64,000 bases of DNA from Clostridia bacterium (GCA_017414715.1 JAFQKV010000100.1:565-64564), one strand, 5' to 3'; positions 46,429-54,699 are shown, counted from the stretch's first letter. Notes: a model not told the origin generated them from the letters alone. Numbers and translations: made by a program.

Positions 46429-46995
46429 ATGTACGGTTGGGACGAATTGGAGCAGGCCTGCCTTTCCTGCCGGAAATGCGGTCTGTGCGAGGGGCGCACC
46501 AAGGTGGTTTTCGGCTGCGGTGACCGCAATGCCGATGTGCTTTTTATCGGCGAGGGACCCGGCCGGGACGAGGATGCCAGCGGCATCCCCTTTGTTGGAC
46601 GCGCGGGCAAGCTGCTGGACGATCTGCTGCTTGCCGCAGGCTTTGAACGTGATAAGGTGTATATCGCAAACATCGTCAAATGCCGACCGCCCCAGAATCG
46701 CGACCCTTTTCCGGAGGAGCGCGAGGCATGCCTTGCGTGGCTTCGCAATCAGGTTTCCCTCATCCGTCCGAAAATCATCGTCTGTCTCGGTCGTATCGCC
46801 GCTGGGGTCATTCTGCATGAGGACTATCGCATCTCCCAGGAGCACGGCCAATGGATCGACCGCGCCGGTGTCCGCATGACCGCCGTATACCACCCCGCCG
46901 CTCTGCTGCGCAATCCTTCTCTCAAGGGTGCCGCACTGACCGATTTTTTAAAAATCAAAGAGGAGGCTGACGCTCTTGCGTCAAAGCAAGCATGA
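46429..46995 (+). CDS. Uracil-DNA glycosylase, family 4
   Basis: [55 protein letters not shown]. Confidence 0.88.
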   Translation: MYGWDELEQACLSCRKCGLCEGRTKVVFGCGDRNADVLFIGEGPGRDEDASGIPFVGRAGKLLDDLLLAAGFERDKVYIANIVKCRPPQNRDPFPEEREACLAWLRNQVSLIRPKIIVCLGRIAAGVILHEDYRISQEHGQWIDRAGVRMTAVYHPAALLRNPSLKGAALTDFLKIKEEADALASKQA

Positions 46996-48380
46996 GCCGA
47001 TTTGAAGAAGTATTTTCCGCCTGTCAGGACCGCCGTGTCGCCGTGCTCGGCATGGGTATCTCCAACCGGCCGCTGATCCGATTGCTGATGGCCGCCGGAG
47101 CCCGGCTCACCGTCCGGGATAAGCAGCCCCGGGAAAAGCTCGATCCCACCCTCTGTGCCGAGCTTGTGCTTCACGGAGCCACATTTCGCTGCGGCGAGGA
47201 TTATCTTAAGGACATCGACGAGGATGTTGTCTTCCGTTCCCCGGGCATCATGGCCTCCCACCCCGCCCTTGCGGCCGCCCGTGCCCGCGGAGCGCAGATA
47301 ACCTCGGAGATGGAGCTTTTCTTTGAGACCTGCCCCTGCCCCATCATCGGCATCACCGGCAGTGACGGCAAGAGCACGACCACGACCCTCATCGCCGAAA
47401 TGCTCCGCGCAGCAGGTCACACCGTGCATCTCGGCGGCAACATCGGTCATCCCCTGCTTGCCGACGTGCCGGATATCGCTCCCGCGGATTTCGCCGTGGT
47501 GGAGCTTTCCTCCTTCCAGCTGATGAGCATGACCGTATCTCCTGCCGTTTCCGTTATCACCAACATCACCCCGAACCATCTGGACAAGCATAAGGACATG
47601 GCGGAATACGTCACGGCAAAGCAGGAGATCTTCCGCCATCAGGGCTCCGGAGGCCTTGTCGTTCTCAACGCCGACAACACCGTTACCTCCGCCTGCGCCG
47701 CCCTTGCCCCCGGCCGGGTTCGTCTCTTCTCCCGTGCGGGTGCTAACGGCGCAAATGTCGTCATCCGGGAGGGCATCATCACCCTTTCTGAAGAGGATCG
47801 CACGGTCCCTCTCATCCCCGTGGATGAAATTCTGCTTCCCGGTACCCACAACGTCGAAAATTATATGGCTGCCGCCGCTGCCGTTGCGGAGCTTGTGACC
47901 CCCGAGGTCATGCGGCAGGTGGCAAAAAACTTTGGCGGCGTTCCTCACCGGCTGGAGCTGGTGGCAGAGCTTGACGGCGTGCGCTACTACAACAGCTCCA
48001 TCGATTCCAGCCCTACCCGTACGGCAGCAGCTCTTTCCTGCTTTGACAAGCCGGTCATCGTCCTTGCCGGCGGTGCCGACAAGGGCATCCCGCTGGAACC
48101 TCTCGGTCCGCTTTTCCGAGAAAAGGCCAAGGCCTGTATCCTCGTGGGACACACGGCAGAGCGCATCCGCGCCGCCGTCATCGATTCTCCCGAGTATGAC
48201 GAAGAAAAACTGCCCGTCCGGATCGAGAACAACATGGAGGATGCCGTCGCCTCGGCAAGATCTCTTGCTGTCCCCGGAGATATCGTCATCCTCTCTCCCG
48301 GCTGCACCTCCTTTGATCTCTATTCCAATTTTGAAGAACGCGGTGAGCGCTTCCGCTCCGCCGTCCGTGCCATGATGTAA
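46992..48380 (+). CDS. murD: UDP-N-acetylmuramoylalanine--D-glutamate ligase
   Basis: GMGISN.., GITGSDGKSTTT, ELSSFQL, NHLDKH, HRLE, GGADKG. Located ~35 kb away from the dcw cluster. Confidence 0.93.
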   Translation: MSRFEEVFSACQDRRVAVLGMGISNRPLIRLLMAAGARLTVRDKQPREKLDPTLCAELVLHGATFRCGEDYLKDIDEDVVFRSPGIMASHPALAAARARGAQITSEMELFFETCPCPIIGITGSDGKSTTTTLIAEMLRAAGHTVHLGGNIGHPLLADVPDIAPADFAVVELSSFQLMSMTVSPAVSVITNITPNHLDKHKDMAEYVTAKQEIFRHQGSGGLVVLNADNTVTSACAALAPGRVRLFSRAGANGANVVIREGIITLSEEDRTVPLIPVDEILLPGTHNVENYMAAAAAVAELVTPEVMRQVAKNFGGVPHRLELVAELDGVRYYNSSIDSSPTRTAAALSCFDKPVIVLAGGADKGIPLEPLGPLFREKAKACILVGHTAERIRAAVIDSPEYDEEKLPVRIENNMEDAVASARSLAVPGDIVILSPGCTSFDLYSNFEERGERFRSAVRAMM

Positions 48381-48383
48381 AAT

Positions 48384-48425
48384 AAACAGAGCATCCGACC
48401 CCTTAGGCGGGTGTTCGTAAAACAG
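48384..48425 (+). repeat. Outer inverted-repeat copy A (42 nt), starting 3 nt after the murD stop
   Basis: aaacagagcatccga-cccctta-ggcgggtgttcgtaaaacag. Matches the reverse complement of 49843-49880 in a 15-nt block and a 20-nt block (2 mismatches). Confidence 0.75.
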
Positions 48426-48427
48426 TT

Positions 48428-48465
48428 AACGGAGCGTATCGGTATCGGTACGCTCCGTTTCTTAT
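48428..48465 (+). terminator. Rho-independent terminator after murD
   Basis: Perfect 11-bp stem aacggagcgta/tacgctccgtt with a 10-nt loop, followed by tcttat. Confidence 0.7.
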
Positions 48466-48480
48466 ATGGTTTGCAAGCAG

Positions 48481-48616
48481 CCTTGGCTCTCCCTTTGGGA
48501 GAGCTGTCACCGCGGGTGACTGAGAGGGCCTTGCAGTCGATTTTGGATGGTATGGTCATGTTTGCCCTCTCCGTGCTCGCTTCGCTCGGCCACCTCTCCC
48601 GTAGGGAGAGGCAAGG
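48481..48616. repeat. Compound palindromic intergenic repeat (copy 2)
   Basis: ccttg-gctctccc tttg ggagagc-tgtcaccgcgggtgac-tgagagggc ..34-nt spacer.. gccctctc-cgtgctcgcttcgctcggccac-ctctccc gtag ggagagg-caagg. The two arms are inverted versions of the module also seen at 36344-36473. Confidence 0.7.
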
Positions 48617-48677
48617 AGCGCACCAAACGCACCACACCGAACGGTGTATAGAAGTGCGCCCTTATATCTTATATTGG

Positions 48678-48691
48678 AATTTGTCTAATTG
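48678..48691. repeat. Inner inverted-repeat half-site AATTTGTCTAATTG overlapping the kinase stop codon
   Basis: Perfect reverse complement of 49740-49753. Confidence 0.6.
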
Positions 48692-49710
48692 GGGAGCACA
48701 AGTCTCTCATAGATTGTAGACAACCAGCGTCTAACACTTTCAACATCTCCTGCTTTCTGTGCATTCATCAAACTGTCCTCATTCCACCGAATATAGGAAC
48801 TCCAAAACGCATCAATGATTGCACATAGATATGGATACAGTTCCTGTTCCTCTGCTGTGAAGCTTCGAACAGAACAATACCCCTTCCAAAAAGACTCTAA
48901 TATTTTAGTCTCAAAGTCATCTTGTTTGTTTTCGGGATAATCCATAAGTCTTGCTTCAAAGATAGCTTGCATTACGGCGTCGCAAAATAGAATGTTATCT
49001 CCAGACCTATTAAAGTCGAAGATGCCTACTTCGCCCCATTTGGTAAGATATAAGTTACAGTCGCTAATATCTCCCTGTACAGCATACCGCGGGCGATTTT
49101 TTAATGGTACAAGAACTTCCATATATGAGTTGTATATATCAACAATTTTATCAAAGAGAACTTTGTCATCACCTTCGAGTGTTGACGCTAAAGACATGAA
49201 AGCATCGAAGTCAAACAAATCGTTATGTGCAAACGGGTTGAAAAGAACATCATTTTCTACGTGAAGATTATACTGCTCGGCAATTGTATGGGTTTTTGCA
49301 AGCAGTTCACCAGTTTTTTTAGCAATTGCTTCATCGACAACTTTGATTTCGTTCTCAACAAATTCCTCAAGAGTTACAATGACATCATAATCGCCAATTG
49401 AATACCATTTAGCATATTTTCCATTGGCTTGGTATTGGGTTGGCGTAATGATGTTGTTCTTTTTTAAAACAGCAGCAAACTGGCTTTGACTTTCAATCAG
49501 TTCAAGCGTAACATCTTCCTCATTTTTGAACCGAATCACCAAGGACGAAGCATCTACTAAATCGACTTTAACAATGAGCCTTACTTCTTTTGACTTAGGG
49601 TCATTACGTTCATAGTGATAGCGTTGCAGTTCGGATATACTACTTATTCCAACGCCGATGTCATAGTCATGCAAAATAGACGCAACATCTTCAAGTGTTA
49701 TACTAAACAT
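48685..49710 (-). CDS. APH/choline-kinase-fold phosphotransferase (aminoglycoside-phosphotransferase-family-like), on AT-rich DNA
   Basis: Brenner-type catalytic loop QGDISDCNLY (D and N kept, Q in place of the usual H). Mg-binding GIFDFNRSG. N-lobe ..LVIRFKNE. Start trimmed to MFSITLE (GAGG RBS). The stop is TAG. Hand GC counts of lines 48901 and 49321 give 32% and 35%. Confidence 0.7.
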   Translation of the reverse strand: MFSITLEDVASILHDYDIGVGISSISELQRYHYERNDPKSKEVRLIVKVDLVDASSLVIRFKNEEDVTLELIESQSQFAAVLKKNNIITPTQYQANGKYAKWYSIGDYDVIVTLEEFVENEIKVVDEAIAKKTGELLAKTHTIAEQYNLHVENDVLFNPFAHNDLFDFDAFMSLASTLEGDDKVLFDKIVDIYNSYMEVLVPLKNRPRYAVQGDISDCNLYLTKWGEVGIFDFNRSGDNILFCDAVMQAIFEARLMDYPENKQDDFETKILESFWKGYCSVRSFTAEEQELYPYLCAIIDAFWSSYIRWNEDSLMNAQKAGDVESVRRWLSTIYERLVLPN

Positions 49711-49739
49711 GGTGTACCTCACGCAAATTAGGATATAAA

Positions 49740-49769
49740 CAATTAGACAAATTCAAGTTTCTCTAATTG
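49740..49769. promoter_or_regulatory. 30-nt imperfect palindrome upstream of the kinase gene (possible operator or recombination site)
   Basis: CAATTAGAcAAAtt-caag-tTTcTCTAATTG. Its left arm is the perfect inverted copy of 48678-48691. Confidence 0.45.
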
Positions 49770-49800
49770 TTAGATATATTTTAACACGTCAATGTGATCT

Positions 49801-49839
49801 ATACAAGAACAGTCCCGGCAGAAAGGTCTGCCGGGACTG
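49801..49839 (-). terminator. Hairpin terminator after the SIS-domain gene
   Basis: Perfect 13-bp stem cagtcccggcaga/tctgccgggactg with a 4-nt loop. Weak U-tract (ttcttgtat) on the minus strand. Confidence 0.55.
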
Positions 49840-49842
49840 AAG

Positions 49843-49880
49843 CTGTTTTACGAAACCCCGCCTTTTCGGATGCTCTGTTT
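49843..49880 (-). repeat. Outer inverted-repeat copy B (38 nt), starting 4 nt after the SIS-gene stop
   Basis: The minus strand reads aaacagagcatccga-aaa-ggcggggtttcgtaaaacag. Confidence 0.75.
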
Positions 49881-49884
49881 TTGC

Positions 49885-50541
49885 TTACTTATGGAAAAGT
49901 CTGTATTCCGTCACAGCGCACAGCAGATGGTACACCGGCAGGTGCAGCTCCTGCACGTCGGGGGTATGTCGGGAAGGAACACGGATAGCAATATCGAACT
50001 CCTCCCCCATCTTTCCGCCGGTCTCGCCGGTCATGGCGATACGCACCATGCCGAGTGCCTTGGCCGCAATGCCCGCGCAGCGAACGTTTTCGGCATTTCC
50101 GGAGGTAGACAGGCCGATGAGCACGTCCCCCTTCCGTCCAAGCCCCCAAAGCTGCTGGGCATAGGCAAGGCGGGGATCGGTATCGTTTGCGACGGCGGCG
50201 ATGATGGCACCCTGGGCCGTCAGATCCACTGCGGCAAGGGATCCCTGCAGCTTATCCGCACAAAGCTCTCCTAGTTCGCCGCTTTTCCGCAGCTCCTGCT
50301 GCAGATCCTCCGGCAGGCGGCGCAGGGAAAGGAAGCCCTTAAGCAGCTCACCCGCAATGTGGGCGCAGTCGGCGCTGGAGCCGCCGTTTCCGCACAGCAG
50401 AACCCTGCCTCCGTTCCGATAGCAGGTCTCCAGCGCATCGCAGGCGCGCATGATCGCTTCTCTGCAGACCTCCAGCTCCGGATATCGGGCAAAGGCGGTG
50501 GAGATCAGTTCTTCTTCGGTAAAGATCTTGTCGTATGCCAT
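49885..50541 (-). CDS. SIS-domain sugar-phosphate isomerase (GmhA/DiaA-like)
   Basis: GGRVLLCGNGGSSADCAHIAGEL, ..GDVLIGLSTSGNAENV... Confidence 0.8.
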   Translation of the reverse strand: MAYDKIFTEEELISTAFARYPELEVCREAIMRACDALETCYRNGGRVLLCGNGGSSADCAHIAGELLKGFLSLRRLPEDLQQELRKSGELGELCADKLQGSLAAVDLTAQGAIIAAVANDTDPRLAYAQQLWGLGRKGDVLIGLSTSGNAENVRCAGIAAKALGMVRIAMTGETGGKMGEEFDIAIRVPSRHTPDVQELHLPVYHLLCAVTEYRLFHK

Positions 50542-50547
50542 CTCTTT

Positions 50548-51525
50548 TCAGTCCTCCAGAAGCTTCGATACGCGGTAGTAGAGATTGGGGATGGAGATCT
50601 GATGATCGACCTCAAAATGCCAGCCCTGTCCGCCCTGACTGGTGGGACGGTTGACGATGTTCTTGCGGGGGCGGTAGTAATAGTTGGGGTCGGAATAACC
50701 GATCTTGGAACGGTAATCGCCCAGCTTGTGCAGATCAAAGTTCGCCGTGGTGATGCGGAAGGTGGGATAGCCGAGATTACGGGCGATGGACAGCGCCTTG
50801 AGGAAAACCTCCGGGCCGATGACACCGGAGCCGAAGTTCATAAACACGCCGTCGTCCAGTTGAGAAACGGAGTGGCACATTTTGTGGAAATCCTCGCCGG
50901 AGCAGGCTCCGATGGCGGCAAAATCCACGCTCGGATGCTGATGGATGATATCCGTGCCGAGGGCGATATGATAGGTGGCGGGGATGCCAAGCCTGTAGGC
51001 ATTCCACAGCACACAGTCCTCCCGGTGGGGGAACTTTTCCGGGTTTTCGTCGATATAGCGTCCCAGAGCTTCTCCATAGCCAAGGCCCGCCTTTGCGCCC
51101 GCCTGAATGGCCTCATTCATCCATGCGCCGGTCTCCTCCCACATGCCAAAGGAGCCGTCCTCAATGGCGGTGGGCACGTCCTCGGAGGTGCCTCCGTTGT
51201 AGCAGAGCTCAAAATCGTGGATGGAGCCCGCACCGTTGGAGGAAATATGGGTGACGATACCCTCCCGGAGAAGCGCAATCAGGAACCGGGAAAGGCCGCA
51301 CTTGATGACGTGTGCCCCCATGGAGAGAATGACGGGACGGCCGTTGCGGCGCGCCTCGGCCACCTTCTCACAAAGGGACAGAAAGTCGGGATGGGTGTAT
51401 TCCTCCACGGCATCGCCGACCTTGAAGATGTTTTCCGTGGTCACAAGATTCTTGCGGTCCTTGACGGTGTAGGTGGTGATGTTGTCAAAATCCAGCCGCC
51501 CCGGCCGGGTGATATTTCGATCCAT
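50548..51525 (-). CDS. Deoxyhypusine-synthase-like (DHS-like NAD-binding fold) protein, function unknown
   Basis: Start trimmed to MDRNITRPG (AAGGAGA RBS). VILSMGAHVIKCGLSRFLIALLREGIVTHISSNGAGSIHDFE resembles the DHS-family core by eye. Low certainty. Confidence 0.4.
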   Translation of the reverse strand: MDRNITRPGRLDFDNITTYTVKDRKNLVTTENIFKVGDAVEEYTHPDFLSLCEKVAEARRNGRPVILSMGAHVIKCGLSRFLIALLREGIVTHISSNGAGSIHDFELCYNGGTSEDVPTAIEDGSFGMWEETGAWMNEAIQAGAKAGLGYGEALGRYIDENPEKFPHREDCVLWNAYRLGIPATYHIALGTDIIHQHPSVDFAAIGACSGEDFHKMCHSVSQLDDGVFMNFGSGVIGPEVFLKALSIARNLGYPTFRITTANFDLHKLGDYRSKIGYSDPNYYYRPRKNIVNRPTSQGGQGWHFEVDHQISIPNLYYRVSKLLED

Positions 51526-51583
51526 ACACTTTCTCCTTCGCTCGTTTTTTACATTATATACCAACGAAGTAAAAATGTAAATG

Positions 51584-52258
51584 TCAGCTTTGCATCCGCT
51601 CCCGCAGTTTTCGCAAAACCCGCCGCTCCGTACGGGATACCTGCACCTGCGACATGCCCAGAAGGTTTGCCGTCTGGGTCTGGGTCAAAGAGCTTGCATA
51701 CCGCAGACGTATGACCGCCCGTTCGCTGCGGGAAAGCCCTTTCAGGGCAGCAGAAAGATCCACACGCTCCGCCGCAGATTCCGCCGTGTCCTCCCCCGCC
51801 GCGAGGCAGTCCGCAAGGCTTCCGCCCTCTCCGGTATCCGCCTCCAGGGAAGCCGGACGGATCAGCGCCGTTTCAGCCGCGGCAATCTCCTCCGGCGGAA
51901 GGCCAAGCTTTTCCGCAATATCCGACAGCCGCGGTTCCTCGCCGCACGCCTGCATAAGGGAGGCACGCACGGCCGCAGCCTTTGCGCCAAGCTCCCGCAG
52001 CGCCCGTGAGACCTTGACGGGGCCGTGATCCCGCAGATGGCGGCGGATTTCCCCCGCAATAAAGGGAACGGCATAGGTGGAAAATGCCGTTCCCCGCTGC
52101 GGATCAAAACCGCGGGCAGCGGCAAGCAGCCCAATGGCACCGAGCTGATAGAGATCCTCGCGCTCATCCCTGCCGCCAAATCGGCGAACGACACTCCACA
52201 CCAGTCCCTCGTTTTCCTGCAGGATGCGCTCCTCCTCGGCAGGCGAGAGCTTGGTCAT
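51584..52258 (-). CDS. sigF: Sporulation sigma factor F
   Basis: LVWSVVRRF, DLYQLGAIGLL.A...FD, FSTYAVPFIAGEIRRHLRDHGPVKVSRALREL, region 4 QTQTANLLGMSQVQVSRTERRVLRKLR. Follows spoIIAA-spoIIAB. Confidence 0.93.
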   Translation of the reverse strand: MTKLSPAEEERILQENEGLVWSVVRRFGGRDEREDLYQLGAIGLLAAARGFDPQRGTAFSTYAVPFIAGEIRRHLRDHGPVKVSRALRELGAKAAAVRASLMQACGEEPRLSDIAEKLGLPPEEIAAAETALIRPASLEADTGEGGSLADCLAAGEDTAESAAERVDLSAALKGLSRSERAVIRLRYASSLTQTQTANLLGMSQVQVSRTERRVLRKLRERMQS

Positions 52259-52713
52259 ACCGCCGCCCGATTCCCCCGCAGGCGGGGTGCAATGAGCTTG
52301 CGCATGGTAACGCTGGTCCCTTTTCCCGGCCGGGAGGTCACCCGGAAGCCGTCAGAGAAGCTCTCCATGATGGTAAAGCCCATGCCGGCTCTGTCGCTGC
52401 CGCCGGTGGTAAAGAGCGGCTCTCTTGCCTGTCCGACATCGGTGATACCGATGCCCCGGTCACGTACGGTGATTTCCAGAAGCCCGCCCGTATAGATGCG
52501 GCACAGAATATGTATCTTCCCGCAGGTGTCGGGATAGGCGTGAACGATGCAGTTGGTCACCGCCTCGGACACCATGGTTTTGATATCGTTGCACTCCTCA
52601 ATGGTTGGATCAAGCTGCGCCGAAAAAGCCGCCACCGCGGCTCTGGCAAATCCCTCGTTGACCGAACGGGAATCGAGGGTCAGCTGCATTTCATTCTGTT
52701 TTTCCTTTTTCAC
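52255..52713 (-). CDS. spoIIAB: Anti-sigma F factor / SpoIIAA kinase SpoIIAB
   Basis: EAVTNCIVHAY (N-box), VRDRGIGI, GMGFTIM (G-box); 152 aa. Confidence 0.93.
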   Translation of the reverse strand: MKKEKQNEMQLTLDSRSVNEGFARAAVAAFSAQLDPTIEECNDIKTMVSEAVTNCIVHAYPDTCGKIHILCRIYTGGLLEITVRDRGIGITDVGQAREPLFTTGGSDRAGMGFTIMESFSDGFRVTSRPGKGTSVTMRKLIAPRLRGNRAAV

Positions 52714-53042
52714 TTGTTTCTGCCTCCCTGTAGATTTTTCTCTCCCAGTATCCGCCCGAGCCCTGCCGTGCGGAAAAGCCGCTGCATCTGCGGCGGCGTG
52801 TTTTCAATACACAGCTCAGCTCCCGCCCCGCGGACCAGCCGATTGGCAAGTACCGTGACCGCAATACCGGAGCTGTCGCTGAAGGTTACACCCCCGAGAT
52901 CCAACACCAGCCGCCGCAGGGGGATCCGCCCTGCGCACTCCCGCAGGGCGGAAATGACCTCGCCGGAAGCATGGTGATCCAGTTCTCCCTGCAGCCGCAG
53001 GGTAAATTCTCCCATCCCATCCTCCCGGATGTATGTCTGCAT
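52710..53042 (-). CDS. spoIIAA: Anti-sigma F factor antagonist SpoIIAA (STAS)
   Basis: L.G.LDHH.., VTFSDSSGIAV (phosphorylatable Ser region); 110 aa. Confidence 0.88.
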   Translation of the reverse strand: MQTYIREDGMGEFTLRLQGELDHHASGEVISALRECAGRIPLRRLVLDLGGVTFSDSSGIAVTVLANRLVRGAGAELCIENTPPQMQRLFRTAGLGRILGEKNLQGGRNK

Positions 53043-53083
53043 TCTTTTTTCTTCCTTTCCTGTATATTTCCGGCTTTTCCGGC

Positions 53084-53118
53084 AAAAAAATAACCGCAGA
53101 CGCCGTGTCTGCGGTTAT
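53084..53118 (-). terminator. Rho-independent terminator after the LRR lipoprotein gene
   Basis: Minus strand ataaccgcagac-acggc-gtctgcggttat followed by TTTTTTT. Confidence 0.8.
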
Positions 53119-53170
53119 TATAGTCTCTATTGTCTGTCGAAGGGAGTCAAACCCCGTCGCAGGATGTTAT

Positions 53171-53752
53171 TTATTCCCAGGCTACCCCGGGAGTCTCAGT
53201 CACCACATAGGTTTTGTCGATGTCGAAGTTTCCGGACAGAAGCCTCTCATTCTCCAACGGATTGTCCGTCGGGTCGATGAACATAAGATTCTCAAGCTTG
53301 AGAATGGGGCTCACGTCCCGAACCCGGTTACCGGAAAAATCCAGAATAAAGAGATAATCCAGTTTTTCCAGCGCATCCAAATACACGATCTCGTTGTCCG
53401 CGAGATAGAGCACCTCCAGCGATGCACAGTACTGCAGGCCGTCGAGATTGGTAATACCAAGGCCGCGCAGATCCAGATACATCAGTTGGCTCATGTGCAT
53501 AGGGGTAATGTCAAACCGCTCCGGCAGCTGCATAGCCTCCCGGAGCGCGGCCTCCAGCTTCTTATCCGGAAAATTGATCTTCTCGCGATATCCCACCTCA
53601 TCCATGAGGGAATACGCTTCGTCGGAGCCTGAAATCTCACTTTCGGAGGCCGGCTCAGAGGGATCGGGCGTATCCTCGCCGCAGGCGCAAAGGCAGAAAA
53701 GCAGAGAAATGGAAAGGATCAGGCAAAGCGCCGAACGGAGGAGCTTTTTCAT
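53171..53752 (-). CDS. Leucine-rich-repeat lipoprotein
   Basis: Signal peptide plus lipobox LFCLCACG. LRR units LDLRGLGITNLDGLQYCASLEVLYLADNEIVYLDALEKLDYLFILDFSGNRVRDVSPI. Confidence 0.75.
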   Translation of the reverse strand: MKKLLRSALCLILSISLLFCLCACGEDTPDPSEPASESEISGSDEAYSLMDEVGYREKINFPDKKLEAALREAMQLPERFDITPMHMSQLMYLDLRGLGITNLDGLQYCASLEVLYLADNEIVYLDALEKLDYLFILDFSGNRVRDVSPILKLENLMFIDPTDNPLENERLLSGNFDIDKTYVVTETPGVAWE

Positions 53753-53763
53753 GGACGGTTCCC

Positions 53764-54699
53764 TTACTTTCCGGCAATCTCCGCCACCATCGCCTTGGAG
53801 AGGCGGTTGAGGCTGTCAAGCTCCCATGCCACGCTGGGGGTAAACTCGCTGAAGGAGCGGCTGCGGCAGGCAACGCTGAAGCCGGGCAGCTCGTAGCGGT
53901 TGAGATAAACCTTTGCAGAGATGGGATATGCCTTGCACTCGATGCAGGAGGTGATACCGACAAAGTCCTGCACGCGCTGGACAAGCTCGGTCTCCTCGTG
54001 GGCATGCTTGCACAGCCAGGAATAGAGGGCGGGATGGAAGTTTGCCATAACACCGGAGAAGCCCTGGCAACCGGCACGCATGGAGTCCAGCAGGGTGGCG
54101 CAGTTGGCGTTGAAGATCTTGAAGTCGGGGTTCTTGACGGCAGCAAGCTTTGCCTTGATCTGCTCCATATCGCAGCAGGTGTCCTTCAGGAAGAAGAAGC
54201 GGCCGCTGTCGGCGCAGTAGGCGGTGCTCTTGGGGGTCAGAACGCGCTTGTAGGGATAGGGGCACTCATAGATACCGAGAGGAATGGAGGGATCGAGCTT
54301 TGCGATGAACTTGTCCATATTCTCGATGAAGACGTCGTCGGTCTCCTCCTGGGTGGCAAAGCGGTTGGGCAGAAGCACGAGGGCATCAATGCCGGTCTCG
54401 TACATCTCATTTGCATCGCGCAGCTGGGTATCAAAATCATCGGCAACGTGGCCGGAGGCGACCACGGGCACGCGGCCGGCGGCGGCACGCACGACGGTGC
54501 GGGCATATTCTTTGCGCTCCTCGGCGGAGAGGAAGAACATCTCGCTGGACTGGCAGACGGCAAAAAGACCGTCGGAGCCGTTGTCAATATACCAGTTGAC
54601 GAGCTTTTCCAGCATCTCGTAATCGATGGCAGAACCGTCCTCATTGTAGGGGGTGAGCATAACCGGCCACATGCCGTCGGGAATATAGGGCTTCTTCAT
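53764..54699 (-). CDS. DapA/NAL-family (dihydrodipicolinate synthase-like) lyase
   Basis: GMWPVMLTPYNEDGSIDYE.L..LV...I..G.DGLFAVCQSSEMFFLS..ER, ~310 aa. Substrate not assignable. Confidence 0.75.
   Translation of the reverse strand: MKKPYIPDGMWPVMLTPYNEDGSAIDYEMLEKLVNWYIDNGSDGLFAVCQSSEMFFLSAEERKEYARTVVRAAAGRVPVVASGHVADDFDTQLRDANEMYETGIDALVLLPNRFATQEETDDVFIENMDKFIAKLDPSIPLGIYECPYPYKRVLTPKSTAYCADSGRFFFLKDTCCDMEQIKAKLAAVKNPDFKIFNANCATLLDSMRAGCQGFSGVMANFHPALYSWLCKHAHEETELVQRVQDFVGITSCIECKAYPISAKVYLNRYELPGFSVACRSRSFSEFTPSVAWELDSLNRLSKAMVAEIAGK

Noticed and set aside
48411-48719. 102-aa ORF (..ALPLGELSPRVTERALQ..) and the analogous 104-aa ORF at 36390..36704
   Set aside because: Both are read straight through the palindromic intergenic repeats. 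The peptide-like strings are a by-product of the GGGAG/CTCCC hairpin modules and not of coding constraint.
53043-53070. Sigma-H-type promoter (AGGAAA..N13..GAAT) in front of spoIIAA
   Set aside because: The GAAT element overlaps the ATG start codon itself (..aaaaagaATG), so it cannot serve as the -10 for this start. No exact 0A boxes are nearby. I left this uncalled.
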